Of a DNA stretch of 64,000 nt, positions 20,001 through 30,980 are shown piece by piece. The translations under genes were made by a program, and so were the position numbers. The notes beneath the pieces are model-generated. The model ran no database searches. It saw nothing but the letters and a program-made list of their open reading frames with translations, and was not told the origin of the DNA. Where the stretch lies: positions 1,248,001-1,312,000 of the forward strand of contig CAVOXA010000010.1 in NCBI GenBank assembly GCA_963700285.1, read 5' to 3'. This DNA is from an uncultured Chloroflexia bacterium (GTDB taxonomy: Bacteria; Chloroflexota; Anaerolineae; JAAYZQ01). The number at the start of each line of letters is the position of its first letter. The first letter of the stretch is position 1.

Positions 20001-20630
20001 ATGGCAAAAGCGACGCAAACCCACCGTTGCCTGGCTATCCTACTGCTCCTCCTTTGCCTGTTCGCTCTCTTGGGATGTATGCCGGTGGTTGTGGTCCGGG
20101 AAGTCGTCTACCGCCCTTCCCCGAGCGATCCCTACGAGCTCTGGCGGGCCCTAATCACCGACTCCGGATTGCTCCTCCTTTGCGGTTCCGTCGATAATGG
20201 CCGCGAGTCAATGGAAGGGATCGTCCGGTACTATAACTTGGCACTTCGCCTTGATGAGACGCTAGATCCCCAGGCCTCCGATGAGATCCAGGTCGTCCAG
20301 ATCAACGATCACCCGTCGCTGGAAATGATCAAGGGGTATCCCTCGGACCTCTGCCAGTTCGACAAGAAACGAGCGACAAAGAGGCCGGAAGAGACAGGTT
20401 GGACCGAGATCTTTCTGGACAACTGGGACGATGGGTACGTCAAGGTTACCCAGTCTGACCTTGACGCGGGAAACTTCCCAATTCCTCCCGCAGAACCCCG
20501 CATAGTAATCTATCAAGTCTATGACAGCGATCCTCCCGCCTATCTCCTGATGGGGCGGCTCCGAGAGGAAGGGCCGGAGCAGGCGGTGCTCCTTATCCTC
20601 GGATCCGAGCACATTGAGGCGATGTGGTGA
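20001..20630 (+). CDS. hypothetical lipoprotein
   Basis: Signal peptide with LLGC lipobox, acidic soluble domain. Confidence 0.6.
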   Translation: MAKATQTHRCLAILLLLLCLFALLGCMPVVVVREVVYRPSPSDPYELWRALITDSGLLLLCGSVDNGRESMEGIVRYYNLALRLDETLDPQASDEIQVVQINDHPSLEMIKGYPSDLCQFDKKRATKRPEETGWTEIFLDNWDDGYVKVTQSDLDAGNFPIPPAEPRIVIYQVYDSDPPAYLLMGRLREEGPEQAVLLILGSEHIEAMW

Positions 20631-20902
20631 GGGCTCGTGTGTGCCTTCAGTCGCAATGCCCACATCCTGTCAGTATTGCACGCCGCAGTGCGGTCCGGGT
20701 CATCACTCAACAGAAACACCCAGCCACGGCATGTCCCGCTCTGCTGTTCACAGCCCCGGTACGAGCTAGAGTCAGCCTCTCATGTCATCGCCATCTTATC
20801 CGTTGAGGCTGCCTCTGGAGGCATTCAGACTTCATCTTCGAACTGATGACAGAGCCAAACCGGCTCATTTCTCGTTGCTCCCAATACCTCAGGAATACAC
20901 GT

Positions 20903-20931
20903 TTGACAATACTCATAGTCTGTGCCATAAT
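20903..20931 (+). promoter_or_regulatory. sigma70 promoter of the GntR-MttB operon
   Basis: TTGACA-N17-CATAAT with TG extension. Confidence 0.65.
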
Positions 20932-21078
20932 ATGATTCATAGACATATTCAAGAAGACAGGCGGCCGCGGCAGCCATAGCCGCCGAAAGTCGTGAGCTGG
21001 AAAGCATCGTAGGCTGGGTGGATGACCCCTTGTGGTGGGCACCCGAGCCTGGCTTCCAGCAGAAAGCCGGAGGAAACC

Positions 21079-21726
21079 GTGACTGCCAATAGCAAGACAA
21101 GCATACTGTACCAGCAGATACGAGACAAGATTGTCTACGGCGAACTCCAGCCTGGGGCAATACTGACGGAAGCCGGCCTGGCCGATGAGTATGGTGTTAG
21201 CAAGGCTCCCGTGCGAGAAGCCCTCGTTCTGCTGGGACACGAGGGACTTGTCGAACCCATGCCCCGGGTAGGACACGTGGTCGCGAGTTTCACTGTGCAG
21301 GATGTGCTAGAGACCTTTCATCTTCGGTCCGTACTGGAGGCTGAGGCGGCAGGCCTGGCTGCGGAGCGGATCTCTCGGGAAGGAATTGCTACGCTCCTAA
21401 AGATCGTAGATGAGGAATCTGGACTATCAAAGATGGCGCTGGAAGATGGTTTCGATGAGAGAGCGTCCGACGAGAGAGCGTATGCGCTAAACACCGAATT
21501 CCATCACCTGATAGCTCGGGCCTCTGGCAATGGCCGGCTGGCTGACCTCATCAAACAGTTGGTGGAGGACATGCAGCGAATGCTGGCTTACGATCCTCGT
21601 CCTACGACACCGCGACAGCACATGGCCATCGTCGAGGCGCTACAGCATGGGGACAGAGCCAGCGCCGAGCAAGCCATGAAAAGACACATGGAGGAAACCA
21701 AATCCCTTGTGTTGGATCGCTTCTAG
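21079..21726 (+). CDS. GntR-family (FCD) transcriptional regulator
   Basis: LYQQIRDKIVYGELQPG..LADEYGVSKAPVREAL; NTEFHHLIARASGN; GTG start after GGAGG. Confidence 0.93.
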   Translation: MTANSKTSILYQQIRDKIVYGELQPGAILTEAGLADEYGVSKAPVREALVLLGHEGLVEPMPRVGHVVASFTVQDVLETFHLRSVLEAEAAGLAAERISREGIATLLKIVDEESGLSKMALEDGFDERASDERAYALNTEFHHLIARASGNGRLADLIKQLVEDMQRMLAYDPRPTTPRQHMAIVEALQHGDRASAEQAMKRHMEETKSLVLDRF

Positions 21727-21742
21727 CCAAAGAGGAGAAATC

Positions 21743-23188
21743 ATGTATTCCCAGACCCCAGACATTGTACCGTTTCCCACATCTTTCAGGGGCGAACTGC
21801 TGTCAAAAGCGGAGCTTGAAACGCTTAAGGGCGGCACGCTGCGCCTGCTGGACGAGGTCGGTGTCCATTTTCCATCCCGCCAGGCGCTGGAGATCATGGC
21901 CGACCACGGCGCCCGGGTGGACATGGAGACAGAGATCGTGCGCATCCCGCCCGATCTGGTGCAAAAGGCCATGTCCACGGCGCCGCGTTCCTTTGTCCTG
22001 GCCGGGCGTGAGCAGCGCTTTGACCTGCTGCTGGACGGGAACAACTCCTACCTGGCCACCGACGGAACCGGGGTACACGTCATCGACCTGGAGACCCGCG
22101 AAATGCGGGCCTCGCGCAAAGAGGACGTGGCCATGATGGCCCGGATATGCGATGCGCTGCCCATGATCAGCTTCTACTGGCCTATGGTCAGCGCGCAGGA
22201 CTATGGCGTGACCGCGCCTCTGCACCAGTGTCACGCCGGGCTGACGAATACGCTCAAGCACGTGCGCGGCGGGATGACAGTGCCCCCGGAATTGGCTCCC
22301 TACGCCGTCGAGATGGTGACGGCGGTGGCCGGCAGCGCCGAGGCGCTGCGAAAGCGACCCCCCATCTGCGCCAACTTCTGTACCATTTCCCCGCTGTCGC
22401 AGGACGGCCACAGCCTCGACACCGCGCTGGCCTATGCCGAGGCGGGCATCCCCATGAGCTTCATGGCCATGCCGACGATGGGTTCGACCGCCCCGGCCAC
22501 GCCCCTGGGCGCCTTGGTCATGGGCGATGCCGAAGTGGTCAGTGCCATGGTCCTGGTACAACTGGCCTATCCTGGCGCGCCTGTACTCTACTCGAACATC
22601 ATCTCGATGATGCACCCCCGCACCGGTGGCTATATCGCCCACTATCCGATAGCCATGAGGTGGATGGTGGTTCAAATGGCCCACGCCTGGGGGGTCCCCA
22701 ACCTGGGCGGCGGCAGTGTGAGCGTCGACGCCACCGGGATTGGCTGGAGCGCGGGCCTGGACACTGCCTCGGGAGCGATGACGATTCCGCTCTATGGCGG
22801 CGAGATCTGCGGCTTCTTGGGGCTGACGGGCAGTTCCATGGTCCTCCAGCCGGAACACATGATTCTGCAGCACGAGGCCTGCCAGTACGCCCACGACCTG
22901 TTGTACGGATTCAAGTTCGATGAAGCGGATATGGCGCTGGACGTGATCGCCGGCGTGGGCCCGCGCAGCCACTTCCTGCTGGAAAGGCACACCGTCAAAC
23001 ACATGCGCGACTTTCCTCTGTCTGCAGCGCAGCGAGAGGACGCGGGTGGCGGCCCCGGAGACGCGCTGGAGGTAGCTCTGAAGGAGCTCAAGCGGCTCAA
23101 CGAGACGCACCGTCCAGAGCCCTTGCCTGACGAGGTACTGGTGGAGCTGGACCGCATCCTGGCAGCGGCAGACTGCGAGGCGGAGTAG
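21743..23188 (+). CDS. mttB: non-pyrrolysine MttB-superfamily (trimethylamine methyltransferase-like) protein 1
   Basis: LLDEVGVHF, TISPL, MPTMGSTAPATPLGALV, QLAYPGAPV, GVGPRSHFL; no in-frame amber. Confidence 0.9.
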   Translation: MYSQTPDIVPFPTSFRGELLSKAELETLKGGTLRLLDEVGVHFPSRQALEIMADHGARVDMETEIVRIPPDLVQKAMSTAPRSFVLAGREQRFDLLLDGNNSYLATDGTGVHVIDLETREMRASRKEDVAMMARICDALPMISFYWPMVSAQDYGVTAPLHQCHAGLTNTLKHVRGGMTVPPELAPYAVEMVTAVAGSAEALRKRPPICANFCTISPLSQDGHSLDTALAYAEAGIPMSFMAMPTMGSTAPATPLGALVMGDAEVVSAMVLVQLAYPGAPVLYSNIISMMHPRTGGYIAHYPIAMRWMVVQMAHAWGVPNLGGGSVSVDATGIGWSAGLDTASGAMTIPLYGGEICGFLGLTGSSMVLQPEHMILQHEACQYAHDLLYGFKFDEADMALDVIAGVGPRSHFLLERHTVKHMRDFPLSAAQREDAGGGPGDALEVALKELKRLNETHRPEPLPDEVLVELDRILAAADCEAE

Positions 23189-23235
23189 ATCTGTCTTCCC
23201 CGGACATGCCAGCTCTACAGAAATGGAGATTAGGG

Positions 23236-25599
23236 ATGCCCAACTCGAACTGTGACCGATATCAAGACGGCATATTGGAGACTCAATCCCCGAGCTTCAC
23301 CATCGAACAAGTTCGAGATATCGCCAACAAGCTATATGGGCTTACTGGTGATTTGTTACCGCTCGCCAGTGAGCGAGACCAGAATTTCCGGTTCAGCACT
23401 GAGGCAGGGGATCAGTTTGTCATCAAGATTGCCAACAGCGCTGAGGATCCAGCGATCATTGATATGCAACTCAAGGCCTTGGAGCATATCGCCGCAGTTG
23501 ATCCTACATTACCTGTACCTGAAGTACTGGTCTCTCGCAACGGACGCGCTATCGAGCAGATTCAAGCTGAGAACGGCACAAATCACAGTATGCGCGTACT
23601 GACCTACTTGTCTGGCGCTCCTCCGAAGGATGATCCCACCGACCACGCGCTGCTCCGTCCGATGGGAACGTGCCTGGCTAGACTCGTTCTGGCTCTGCGA
23701 GGGTTCTTTCATCCTATAGCGAACTATGAACTGCTGTGGGACCTGAAGCATACTTCAAAGCTCAGACGGTATTTGCCCTATATTACCGATGCAGATCATC
23801 ACGAACTGGTCAGCTACTTTCTGGATCGCTTCGATCGGAATGTGCTCCCCCTGATCCCAAAGCTGCGGGCACAGGTGGTTCACAATGACTTTGTGCTCGA
23901 AAATATCCTTGTTGCAGAGAATGATCCTGGACGCATTGTCGGTATTATTGACTTTGGGGACATGACGCATACACCCCTGATCAATGATTTGGCCACTACC
24001 ATCGCACCCATGCTTCTTGAGCAGACTGACCCTGTAGGAGTAGCTGCGGAAATCGTCGCCGGTTACCACGAACTGGTTCCGCTTGAAGAGGCCGAACTGC
24101 GGATACTATACGACCTGATAGCAGCGCGACTGGCAATGCTGAATGTAATTGCATCCTGGCGAGCAACAATCCACCCGTACAATCGAGACTACATTATGGG
24201 GGGAGTCAATGAGACATGGTCCCTTCTTGAGGCATGGCGTGCACAGGATCCGGCAGATGTCACAAAGAAATTCTTCCGGGTCTGTGGTTTATGGGAACTG
24301 GATGAAGGGCATTCGATGCAAGAAGGGGCGAAGGAAACCCTTCAATCTCATCTGGCACGCAGGGCTCGTCTGCTAGGCCCCTGCGCTTACCTGTTCTACG
24401 ATCGCCCATTACATATCGTGCGCGGCGAAGGTGTCTGGTTATATGATGATGATGGCGCGCGATACCTGGATGCATACAATAATGTCGCCCATGTTGGCCA
24501 TTGTCACCCACATGTGGTGAACGCAATTGCCAAGCAGGCGCGGCGACTGAATACCAGCACGCGCTATCTGCACGGGTACATTCTTGAGCTGGCAGAGCAG
24601 ATCACCAAACGGATGCCGGAATCGCTGAGTGTCTGCACGTTTGTGTGTACCGGCTCTGAAGCCAACGAGCTTGCCTGGCAGATGTCGAAGCTGGTATCGG
24701 GCAACAGTGGCGCTCTGATAACCAAATTCTCGTATCATGGTGGCACTGCTGCTACCACACAGTTTAGCACCGAATCCATTCCTGAAGGTAAACTGTCATC
24801 ACACGTGCAAACTCTATTCGCGCCTACCTCGAATTCCACGTTCCGCAAGCCAGATTCTGGCTCAAGTAGCGCGATCTCGGCCTTGGACAAGCACGGGCAC
24901 CAGCCGGCAATGCTGATCTTGGACACAGCTTTTGTCAGCGACGGGATCTACACCTCGCCCAAGGGTTATCTCCAAACTCTCTTTGCAAAGACACATGCTG
25001 CGGGAGGGCTCTGTGTTGCCGACGAAGTCCAGGGCGGTTTTGGACGCCTCGGTCAGCATTTCTGGGGCTTTCAGTTCGATGATGCCATACCCGACATCGT
25101 AACCTTGGGAAAGCCAATGGGCAACGGGCATCCACTCGCTGCTGTAGTAACCCGCCCAGAGATCGCCGAAACCCTCGCCAATGAAACGGGTTACTTTAAT
25201 ACATTCGGCGGTAACCCCGTTTCCTGTGCCGCTGGACTGGCTGTGCTTGAAGTGATCGAAAGAGAAGCGTTGCAGCATAATGCGCTTCAAGTCGGCCAAT
25301 ATCTGAAACAACGTTTGGCCATGCTTCAGCGGGATTATCCTGTGATTGGTGGTTTACACGGTTCGGGACTGCTCCTGGGCATAGATATCATCAAGCCCGA
25401 TGGCGCACCTAACCCGGAAATGGCTGCCCACATCGTGAATCACATGCGCGAGAATGGCGTTCTTATTGGGACCACCGGGCAGAACTACGCAACCCTCAAA
25501 GTCCGCCCACCGATTGTGTTTCAGGAGGAACATGCGGAGATATTGCTTGTGGCCATGACAAAGGTGCTGGACGATGTCTTGAGCCTCAAGTCTGCATGA
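23236..25599 (+). CDS. fusion of APH/choline-kinase-like phosphotransferase and class-III PLP aminotransferase/phospho-lyase (HYKK-PHYKPL-like)
   Basis: SERDQNF, HNDF..ENIL, IIDFGD; [33 protein letters not shown]. Confidence 0.88.
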   Translation: MPNSNCDRYQDGILETQSPSFTIEQVRDIANKLYGLTGDLLPLASERDQNFRFSTEAGDQFVIKIANSAEDPAIIDMQLKALEHIAAVDPTLPVPEVLVSRNGRAIEQIQAENGTNHSMRVLTYLSGAPPKDDPTDHALLRPMGTCLARLVLALRGFFHPIANYELLWDLKHTSKLRRYLPYITDADHHELVSYFLDRFDRNVLPLIPKLRAQVVHNDFVLENILVAENDPGRIVGIIDFGDMTHTPLINDLATTIAPMLLEQTDPVGVAAEIVAGYHELVPLEEAELRILYDLIAARLAMLNVIASWRATIHPYNRDYIMGGVNETWSLLEAWRAQDPADVTKKFFRVCGLWELDEGHSMQEGAKETLQSHLARRARLLGPCAYLFYDRPLHIVRGEGVWLYDDDGARYLDAYNNVAHVGHCHPHVVNAIAKQARRLNTSTRYLHGYILELAEQITKRMPESLSVCTFVCTGSEANELAWQMSKLVSGNSGALITKFSYHGGTAATTQFSTESIPEGKLSSHVQTLFAPTSNSTFRKPDSGSSSAISALDKHGHQPAMLILDTAFVSDGIYTSPKGYLQTLFAKTHAAGGLCVADEVQGGFGRLGQHFWGFQFDDAIPDIVTLGKPMGNGHPLAAVVTRPEIAETLANETGYFNTFGGNPVSCAAGLAVLEVIEREALQHNALQVGQYLKQRLAMLQRDYPVIGGLHGSGLLLGIDIIKPDGAPNPEMAAHIVNHMRENGVLIGTTGQNYATLKVRPPIVFQEEHAEILLVAMTKVLDDVLSLKSA

Positions 25600-25670
25600 G
25601 ACGGATAGTCCAAAGTGCACAGCGACGATAATTCCGGTGAGTCGCAATCAAAATCCAAAAGGAGGCGATC

Positions 25671-26813
25671 ATGAAAGTACTAGTTCTGGGAGGTGCAGGC
25701 GCTGTCTGTAGCGAGACCACCCGCGACCTGGCACAATACAGCAAGTTCGACGAAATCGTGGTTGCAGACTACAACCTTGATGCCGCCAGCCAGCTCATCC
25801 AGGAGATCGACGACCCAAGGTTGCGAGCTGTCCAATTTGATGCAAACGATTACGACTCAATGCTTAGGCTATTTCCAGGTCATGATGTCGTGATCAGTGG
25901 TTTGCCCTGTGCATATGACCCGGTCGTCACCAAGGCCTGTGTTGAGGCGGGTGTGAATGGATTGGATGTGGCCACAGAAGAAGACCAGTGGAGCCACAAT
26001 GCCGCTGCCAAAGCCAAAGATCTGGTCTATATCCCGGGAGTGGGGGCGACACCCGGCATCACCAATGCTATGGTCAAACATGCGGCAAACCAAATGGATC
26101 GAGTTGACGAAATCCAGATCAATTTCGCCGCCTTCCGCTGCCCTGCACCAGCTCCTGGCTTGTTAGTAACGTTTCTGTGGGAATTCGATCCTAACACGGA
26201 CACCAGGTTCTATTATGAAAACGGAGAGTATCATCGGGTTGGACCTTTTGAAGGACTAAAAACGGTGGACTATGGGGGAGAAATCGGAGTTCAGGAAGTC
26301 TGTTATATCCCTCATCCTGAAACACGAACCATGCCCAAAAGCCTGGGCGTCAAGAATGTCTCCGTGCACGGATGTTTCCCGCCCCAGGCCATGAATCTTG
26401 CCAAGACTCTGCTGGAATGGGGTTTGTTTGACGAGGAACCGTTCACCTACAAGGGTGCTGAGACCAATTCCCAGGAAATGATGTACGAACTTTTGCTTCG
26501 CTCTCCCCGGACCAAGGAAACACCAGTCTGGGGTTATGGATTGGTCGCAGAGGTATTTGGCAAGAAAGACGGTAAAGACTTGAAGATTAAGCTTTGGAAC
26601 GAACACCCACCCATGGCAGAGTGGGGTGGGAAAGCTGCCTATTACAAGAATATCGGCATCCCATTGAGCATCGGTGCGCAGATGATCGCCCGCGGCGATG
26701 TGGGGGTGCGCGGCGTCGTGCCCCCGGAGACAGCCATCGACCCCTTGATCTTTTTCGATGAACTGAAGCTGCGGGGCATCACGATCAGAGAAGAAGTAGA
26801 GTGGCTTGAGTAG
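25671..26813 (+). CDS. saccharopine dehydrogenase-family oxidoreductase
   Basis: MKVLVLGGAGAV Rossmann motif; GVGATPGITN; PHPETRTMP; GVVPPE. Confidence 0.88.
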   Translation: MKVLVLGGAGAVCSETTRDLAQYSKFDEIVVADYNLDAASQLIQEIDDPRLRAVQFDANDYDSMLRLFPGHDVVISGLPCAYDPVVTKACVEAGVNGLDVATEEDQWSHNAAAKAKDLVYIPGVGATPGITNAMVKHAANQMDRVDEIQINFAAFRCPAPAPGLLVTFLWEFDPNTDTRFYYENGEYHRVGPFEGLKTVDYGGEIGVQEVCYIPHPETRTMPKSLGVKNVSVHGCFPPQAMNLAKTLLEWGLFDEEPFTYKGAETNSQEMMYELLLRSPRTKETPVWGYGLVAEVFGKKDGKDLKIKLWNEHPPMAEWGGKAAYYKNIGIPLSIGAQMIARGDVGVRGVVPPETAIDPLIFFDELKLRGITIREEVEWLE

Positions 26814-26835
26814 TTGCCACTAATTACACTGATCC

Positions 26836-26930
26836 TGTCACTGCGAGGCCCGTCGTTTTGGCCGTGGCAGTCCCCGACTCTATCGCAAGGGGGGATTGCT
26901 TCGCCGCAAACGGCGCGACTCGCAATGACA
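26836..26930. repeat. REP-like palindromic intergenic repeat
   Basis: TGTCACTGCGAG...CGTGGCAGTCCCC...GGGGATTGCTTCG...CTCGCAATGACA terminal inverted structure. Confidence 0.7.
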
Positions 26931-26949
26931 GGGTTGAATGGGAGGAAAC

Positions 26950-28394
26950 ATGGACGGTCAAACACCCCAAATAGAACCGATTGTTCCAGCCTATCGGGTT
27001 CGTATCCTCAGCGATGAGAAGCTGGAGACGTTCAAATCAAACACCTTCACAATCCTCGACGAGACAGGTTTTCACTGTCCTTCGGAGAGGGCGCTGAAAG
27101 ATCTATGCAGAACATGGTGCTGTGGTAGATTTTGACACGCAGAGGGTAAAACTGTCGCCGGATCTGATCCTGGATGCCCTTTCTCACGCGCCGCGCTACT
27201 ACACCATGGGGGCGCGAACTGAGGCCTTCGATCTTGATCTGTCAAGGGCGGTCACTTATGTAGGTACGGATGGCACCGGGACCCGGACCATCGACTATGT
27301 GACGCGAGAACTGCGCTCTTCCACCAAGGATGATGTGGCCAAATCGGCCCGGATTTCCGATTACCTGGCTTGCATCAGTTTCTATTGGCCCATGGTCAGT
27401 GCCCAAGATCACCCTATTTCCCCCTCACTGCACGAGTTGGATGCTTCCTTCAACAATACCCTCAAGCACGTCCAGACTCCGACCGTGGTGGAGGAGATTA
27501 CCGCACGCTACGCAGTGGAAATGGCAAAGGTGGTGGCGGGGAGTGAGGAGGAAATGCGGAAACGCCCCCCTCTCTCATTGCTGATCTGCACGATTGCCCC
27601 ACTGGCTATGGATGCTGAAAGTATGGACGCAGCGCTGGTGGCGGCCGAGGCGGGCATACCGGTGGGCTTTATGGCCATGCCCAACACCGGCTCCACGGCG
27701 CCCGCCACATTGGCAGGAACCCTATCTCTTGGCGACGCAGAGATCGTCTCGGCCATGGTGCTGGTTCAGATGGCCTATCCCGGTGCACCGATATACCACT
27801 CCTTGATGCCCGGAATGACTCACCCCCGCACGGGTGCGTACTATGGTCATGACAGCCACGTCTATGCCATTGGTGTCGAGTTGGCTCACATGTGGGGCGT
27901 TCCAACTCTGGCCGGAATGGGTGGCACGGACGCACACGGGCTGGGCTGGGAGAGCGGTATGGGTGGCGGCAAGAGTTCGTTGCTGAGCGCGCTATGTGGC
28001 GCGGAAACTGGCAACGGAATGGGACTGCTGCGAGGAAGCACCTTGTTGTACCCGGAGGCCCTGGTTTTGGATAGGGAAATCTATGACAATGTTCGCGATG
28101 CTGTGGCGGGATTGGATACCAGCCCCGACCATATGGCTCTGGATGTCATTCAGAGCGGTGGGGCCGCGCGGCCATTTCCTCAGGGAAAGGCACACTCGAG
28201 ACCATTTCCGCAAATTGGGTTTTTCAGAGATTGTGTATATTGCAGACACAGGTGGCAGTTACCGGGACCCACTTGAAGTTGCCAAAGAAAAAACCGACTG
28301 GATTCTGGAGAATCACCACCCGGAGCCGTTGGACGAAGCGCAGCAGGCGGAATTCAAGCGCATTCTCCAGGCGGCAGAGCGGGAATTGGCGTAG
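26950..28394 (+). CDS. mttB: non-pyrrolysine MttB-superfamily protein 2 (two frameshifts)
   Basis: Paralog of 21743-23188 (ISFYWPMVSAQD, NTLKHV, MAMP..GSTAPAT, GPRGHFL); shifts near 27100 and 28155. Confidence 0.87.
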
Positions 28395-28436
28395 AGACTG
28401 GCGCGCAGTGAGATACTTATGCAGGAGGCGAAATCG

Positions 28437-30890
28437 ATGACTGAACGATCTTTTCCGACACAGGCACAGGTGGTTATCATTGGCGGCGGCGTGATTGGTT
28501 GCAGCGTGGCCTATCATCTGACGAAACTGGGTTGGCGAGACGTCGTGCTTTTGGAACGCAAAGATCTGACCTGCGGCACCACGTGGCACGCGGCCGGGTT
28601 GGCCGAGAGCGGGCTGTTTGCCTCGGCGGTCAAGAGCGACATGGCGAAATACACGCAGGAGCTCTTCCAAAGATTGGGAGAAGAAACCGGCCAGGATACC
28701 GGTTTCCGCAGGGTTGGCTTCCTCGAACTGGCATCTACCGAAGAGTGGGTGGAAGGGTTACGGCGCGTGGCGGACTTTGGCCGCTACAGCGGTCACGTGA
28801 TCGAAGAACTATCCCCTTCCGAGATCGCAAAGATGTGGCCGCTGCTCAGAACCGATGATTTGCTGGCCGGGTTCTACTGCCCGGACGATGCTCGCGTCAA
28901 CCCGGTGGATGTGACCATGGCTCTTGCAAAGGGCGCTCGCATGGGCGGCGCACTCATTTTCGAGGATACCAAGGTTACGGCGATCAAGCAGAAGAATGGC
29001 CGGGTGACCGGTGTAGTTACTGAAAAGGGAGAAATCACGGCCGAGTACGTGGTCAATTGCGGCGGGATGTGGGGGCGCGAGCTGGGCCAGATGGCGGGTG
29101 TCAATGTGCCCTTGTATGCCGCCGAGCATTATTACCTGATCACCGAGCCGATAGAGGGAATCCATCCGGACTTGCCGATTCTGGATGACGCGGCCCGCTT
29201 TGCCTACTATCGAGAGGAGACTGGCGGGCTGATGATCGGTCTCTTCGAGCCAGTGGCGGCTCCCTGGGGCATGAAGGGCATACCGGAAGGTTTCAAATTC
29301 GACGAACTGACGCCGGATTGGGATCGTATGATCCCGCATCTCGAGCTCGCGATGGAACGTATCCCGGTGTCGAAAACGGCCGGGGTGCACAAGTTCTTCT
29401 GTGGGCCGGAGAGTTTCACGCCGGACCAGGAGCCGTTGATGGGCGAAGCGCCCGAGTTGAAGAATTTCTACGTGGCTGCGGGATTCAACTCGCTGGGCAT
29501 TCTGCTTGGCGGCGGTGTTGGGCAGGTGATGGCCCAGTGGATCGTGGACGGCCTGCCGCCGATTGACATCACTGAGCTGGACATCGCGCGTATGTCCCCG
29601 TTCCAGAACAATCCTCGCTATCTGCGCGACCGGACTGTTGAAGCTCTCGGGCTGCTGTACGCTCAGGACTATTTCAATCTCCAGGCGGAGACGGCTCGCA
29701 ACGTTCGCAAATCACCATTCTACGACCGGCTGGCCGAGGCGGGAGCCTATTTTGGCGCCTATGCCGGCTGGGAGTATGCGGATTGGTTCGCCCCAGAGGG
29801 GGTCGAGCCCAAAGTAGCGTATACCTGGGGGCGGCAGAATTGGTTCGAGTATACCGCCGCCGAGCATCGAGCCGCGCGCGAAGGCGTGATATTGATGGAC
29901 TACTCTGTGATGGGAAAACTGCTGGTGCAGGGGCGGGATGCGGAACAAGCCCTCAACTGGATCTGCGCCAACAATGTGGCGGTACCTGCCGGACAGTGCG
30001 TCTATACCACATGGTTGAACGAACGCGGCCGGATCGAGGCCGACCTGACCGTCACGCGCCTGGCGCAAGATCAATACCTCATCCTCACCGGGGATGGGAC
30101 CATCACCGCGGTCCAGGCCTGGCTGAAGCGGAATATCCCTGCCGGTGCGCACGTAGTTGTGACCAACGTCACCTCTGCCTACAGCGTGCTGAATATCCAG
30201 GGGCCGAAATCCCGCGACCTGTTGGCCGGCGTGACGAATGCTGACATGTCAAACGGTGCGTTTCCGTTTCTAGCCTTGCAGGAGATTGACATCGGCTACG
30301 CCCCAGTCCTCGCCTTGCGGGTGAGCTACGTGGGTGAATTGGGCTGGGAGCTCTATATCCCCACCGAGTTCTCACTCCACGTCTTTGACACCCTCGTAGA
30401 GGCGGGCCAGGACGTCGGACTGGTGTTTGCCGGGCTGCAGGCGCTGGAAACGTTGCGTTTGGAGAAGGCGTATCGTGACTATGGGAACGACGTCGACAAC
30501 TTGGATACGCCGCTGGAGGTAGGATTGAGCCGCTTTGTAGATTTCGACAAGCCTGGCGGGTTCATCGGCAAGGAGGCGCTCTTGCGGCACAAGCAGGCTG
30601 GCGTCAAGCACCGCCTGGTACAGTTCCTGCTGGAGGACCCCGAGCCGCTGCTGTACTACAACGAGATCATCTACCGTGACGGAGAGCCTGTTGGCCGCAT
30701 CCTGGCAGGCGGTTATGGGCACACGCTGGGGGCGTCGGTGGGGCTAGGTTACGTGGAGAATGAAGGTGGAGTCACCGTCGATTATATCAAGAGTGGGAGC
30801 TACGAGATCAAGATAGCGGGCACGCGCTATCCGGCAAAAGCGTCAGTGCAGCCATTGTACGATCCGAAAGGAGAAAGAATCCGTTCCTGA
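28437..30890 (+). CDS. GcvT-family FAD-dependent oxidoreductase (dimethylglycine/sarcosine dehydrogenase-like)
   Basis: VVIIGGGVIG, GTTWHAAG, GPESFTPD, SYVGELGWELY, LRLEKAYRDYG, YDPKGERIRS. Confidence 0.93.
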   Translation: MTERSFPTQAQVVIIGGGVIGCSVAYHLTKLGWRDVVLLERKDLTCGTTWHAAGLAESGLFASAVKSDMAKYTQELFQRLGEETGQDTGFRRVGFLELASTEEWVEGLRRVADFGRYSGHVIEELSPSEIAKMWPLLRTDDLLAGFYCPDDARVNPVDVTMALAKGARMGGALIFEDTKVTAIKQKNGRVTGVVTEKGEITAEYVVNCGGMWGRELGQMAGVNVPLYAAEHYYLITEPIEGIHPDLPILDDAARFAYYREETGGLMIGLFEPVAAPWGMKGIPEGFKFDELTPDWDRMIPHLELAMERIPVSKTAGVHKFFCGPESFTPDQEPLMGEAPELKNFYVAAGFNSLGILLGGGVGQVMAQWIVDGLPPIDITELDIARMSPFQNNPRYLRDRTVEALGLLYAQDYFNLQAETARNVRKSPFYDRLAEAGAYFGAYAGWEYADWFAPEGVEPKVAYTWGRQNWFEYTAAEHRAAREGVILMDYSVMGKLLVQGRDAEQALNWICANNVAVPAGQCVYTTWLNERGRIEADLTVTRLAQDQYLILTGDGTITAVQAWLKRNIPAGAHVVVTNVTSAYSVLNIQGPKSRDLLAGVTNADMSNGAFPFLALQEIDIGYAPVLALRVSYVGELGWELYIPTEFSLHVFDTLVEAGQDVGLVFAGLQALETLRLEKAYRDYGNDVDNLDTPLEVGLSRFVDFDKPGGFIGKEALLRHKQAGVKHRLVQFLLEDPEPLLYYNEIIYRDGEPVGRILAGGYGHTLGASVGLGYVENEGGVTVDYIKSGSYEIKIAGTRYPAKASVQPLYDPKGERIRS

Positions 30891-30964
30891 TTACGAAAAA
30901 CGCACCTGCCGAGGCTGGTTTCTACATGCCGGCCGAATGGGAAAAGCACGAAAGCGCCTAGCTG
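30887..30964 (+). pseudogene. aguA: N-terminal remnant of agmatine deiminase, truncated beside att copy 2
   Basis: Reads ITKNAPAEAGFYMPAEWEKHESA*L; MPAEWEXH is the family N-terminal signature; TAG at the conserved Trp. Confidence 0.7.
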
Positions 30965-30980
30965 AGGACAGACATCCGCG

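Noticed and set aside
21743-28394. Pyrrolysine-containing MttB
   Set aside because: No in-frame TAG in either MttB reading frame and no pyl genes in the window.
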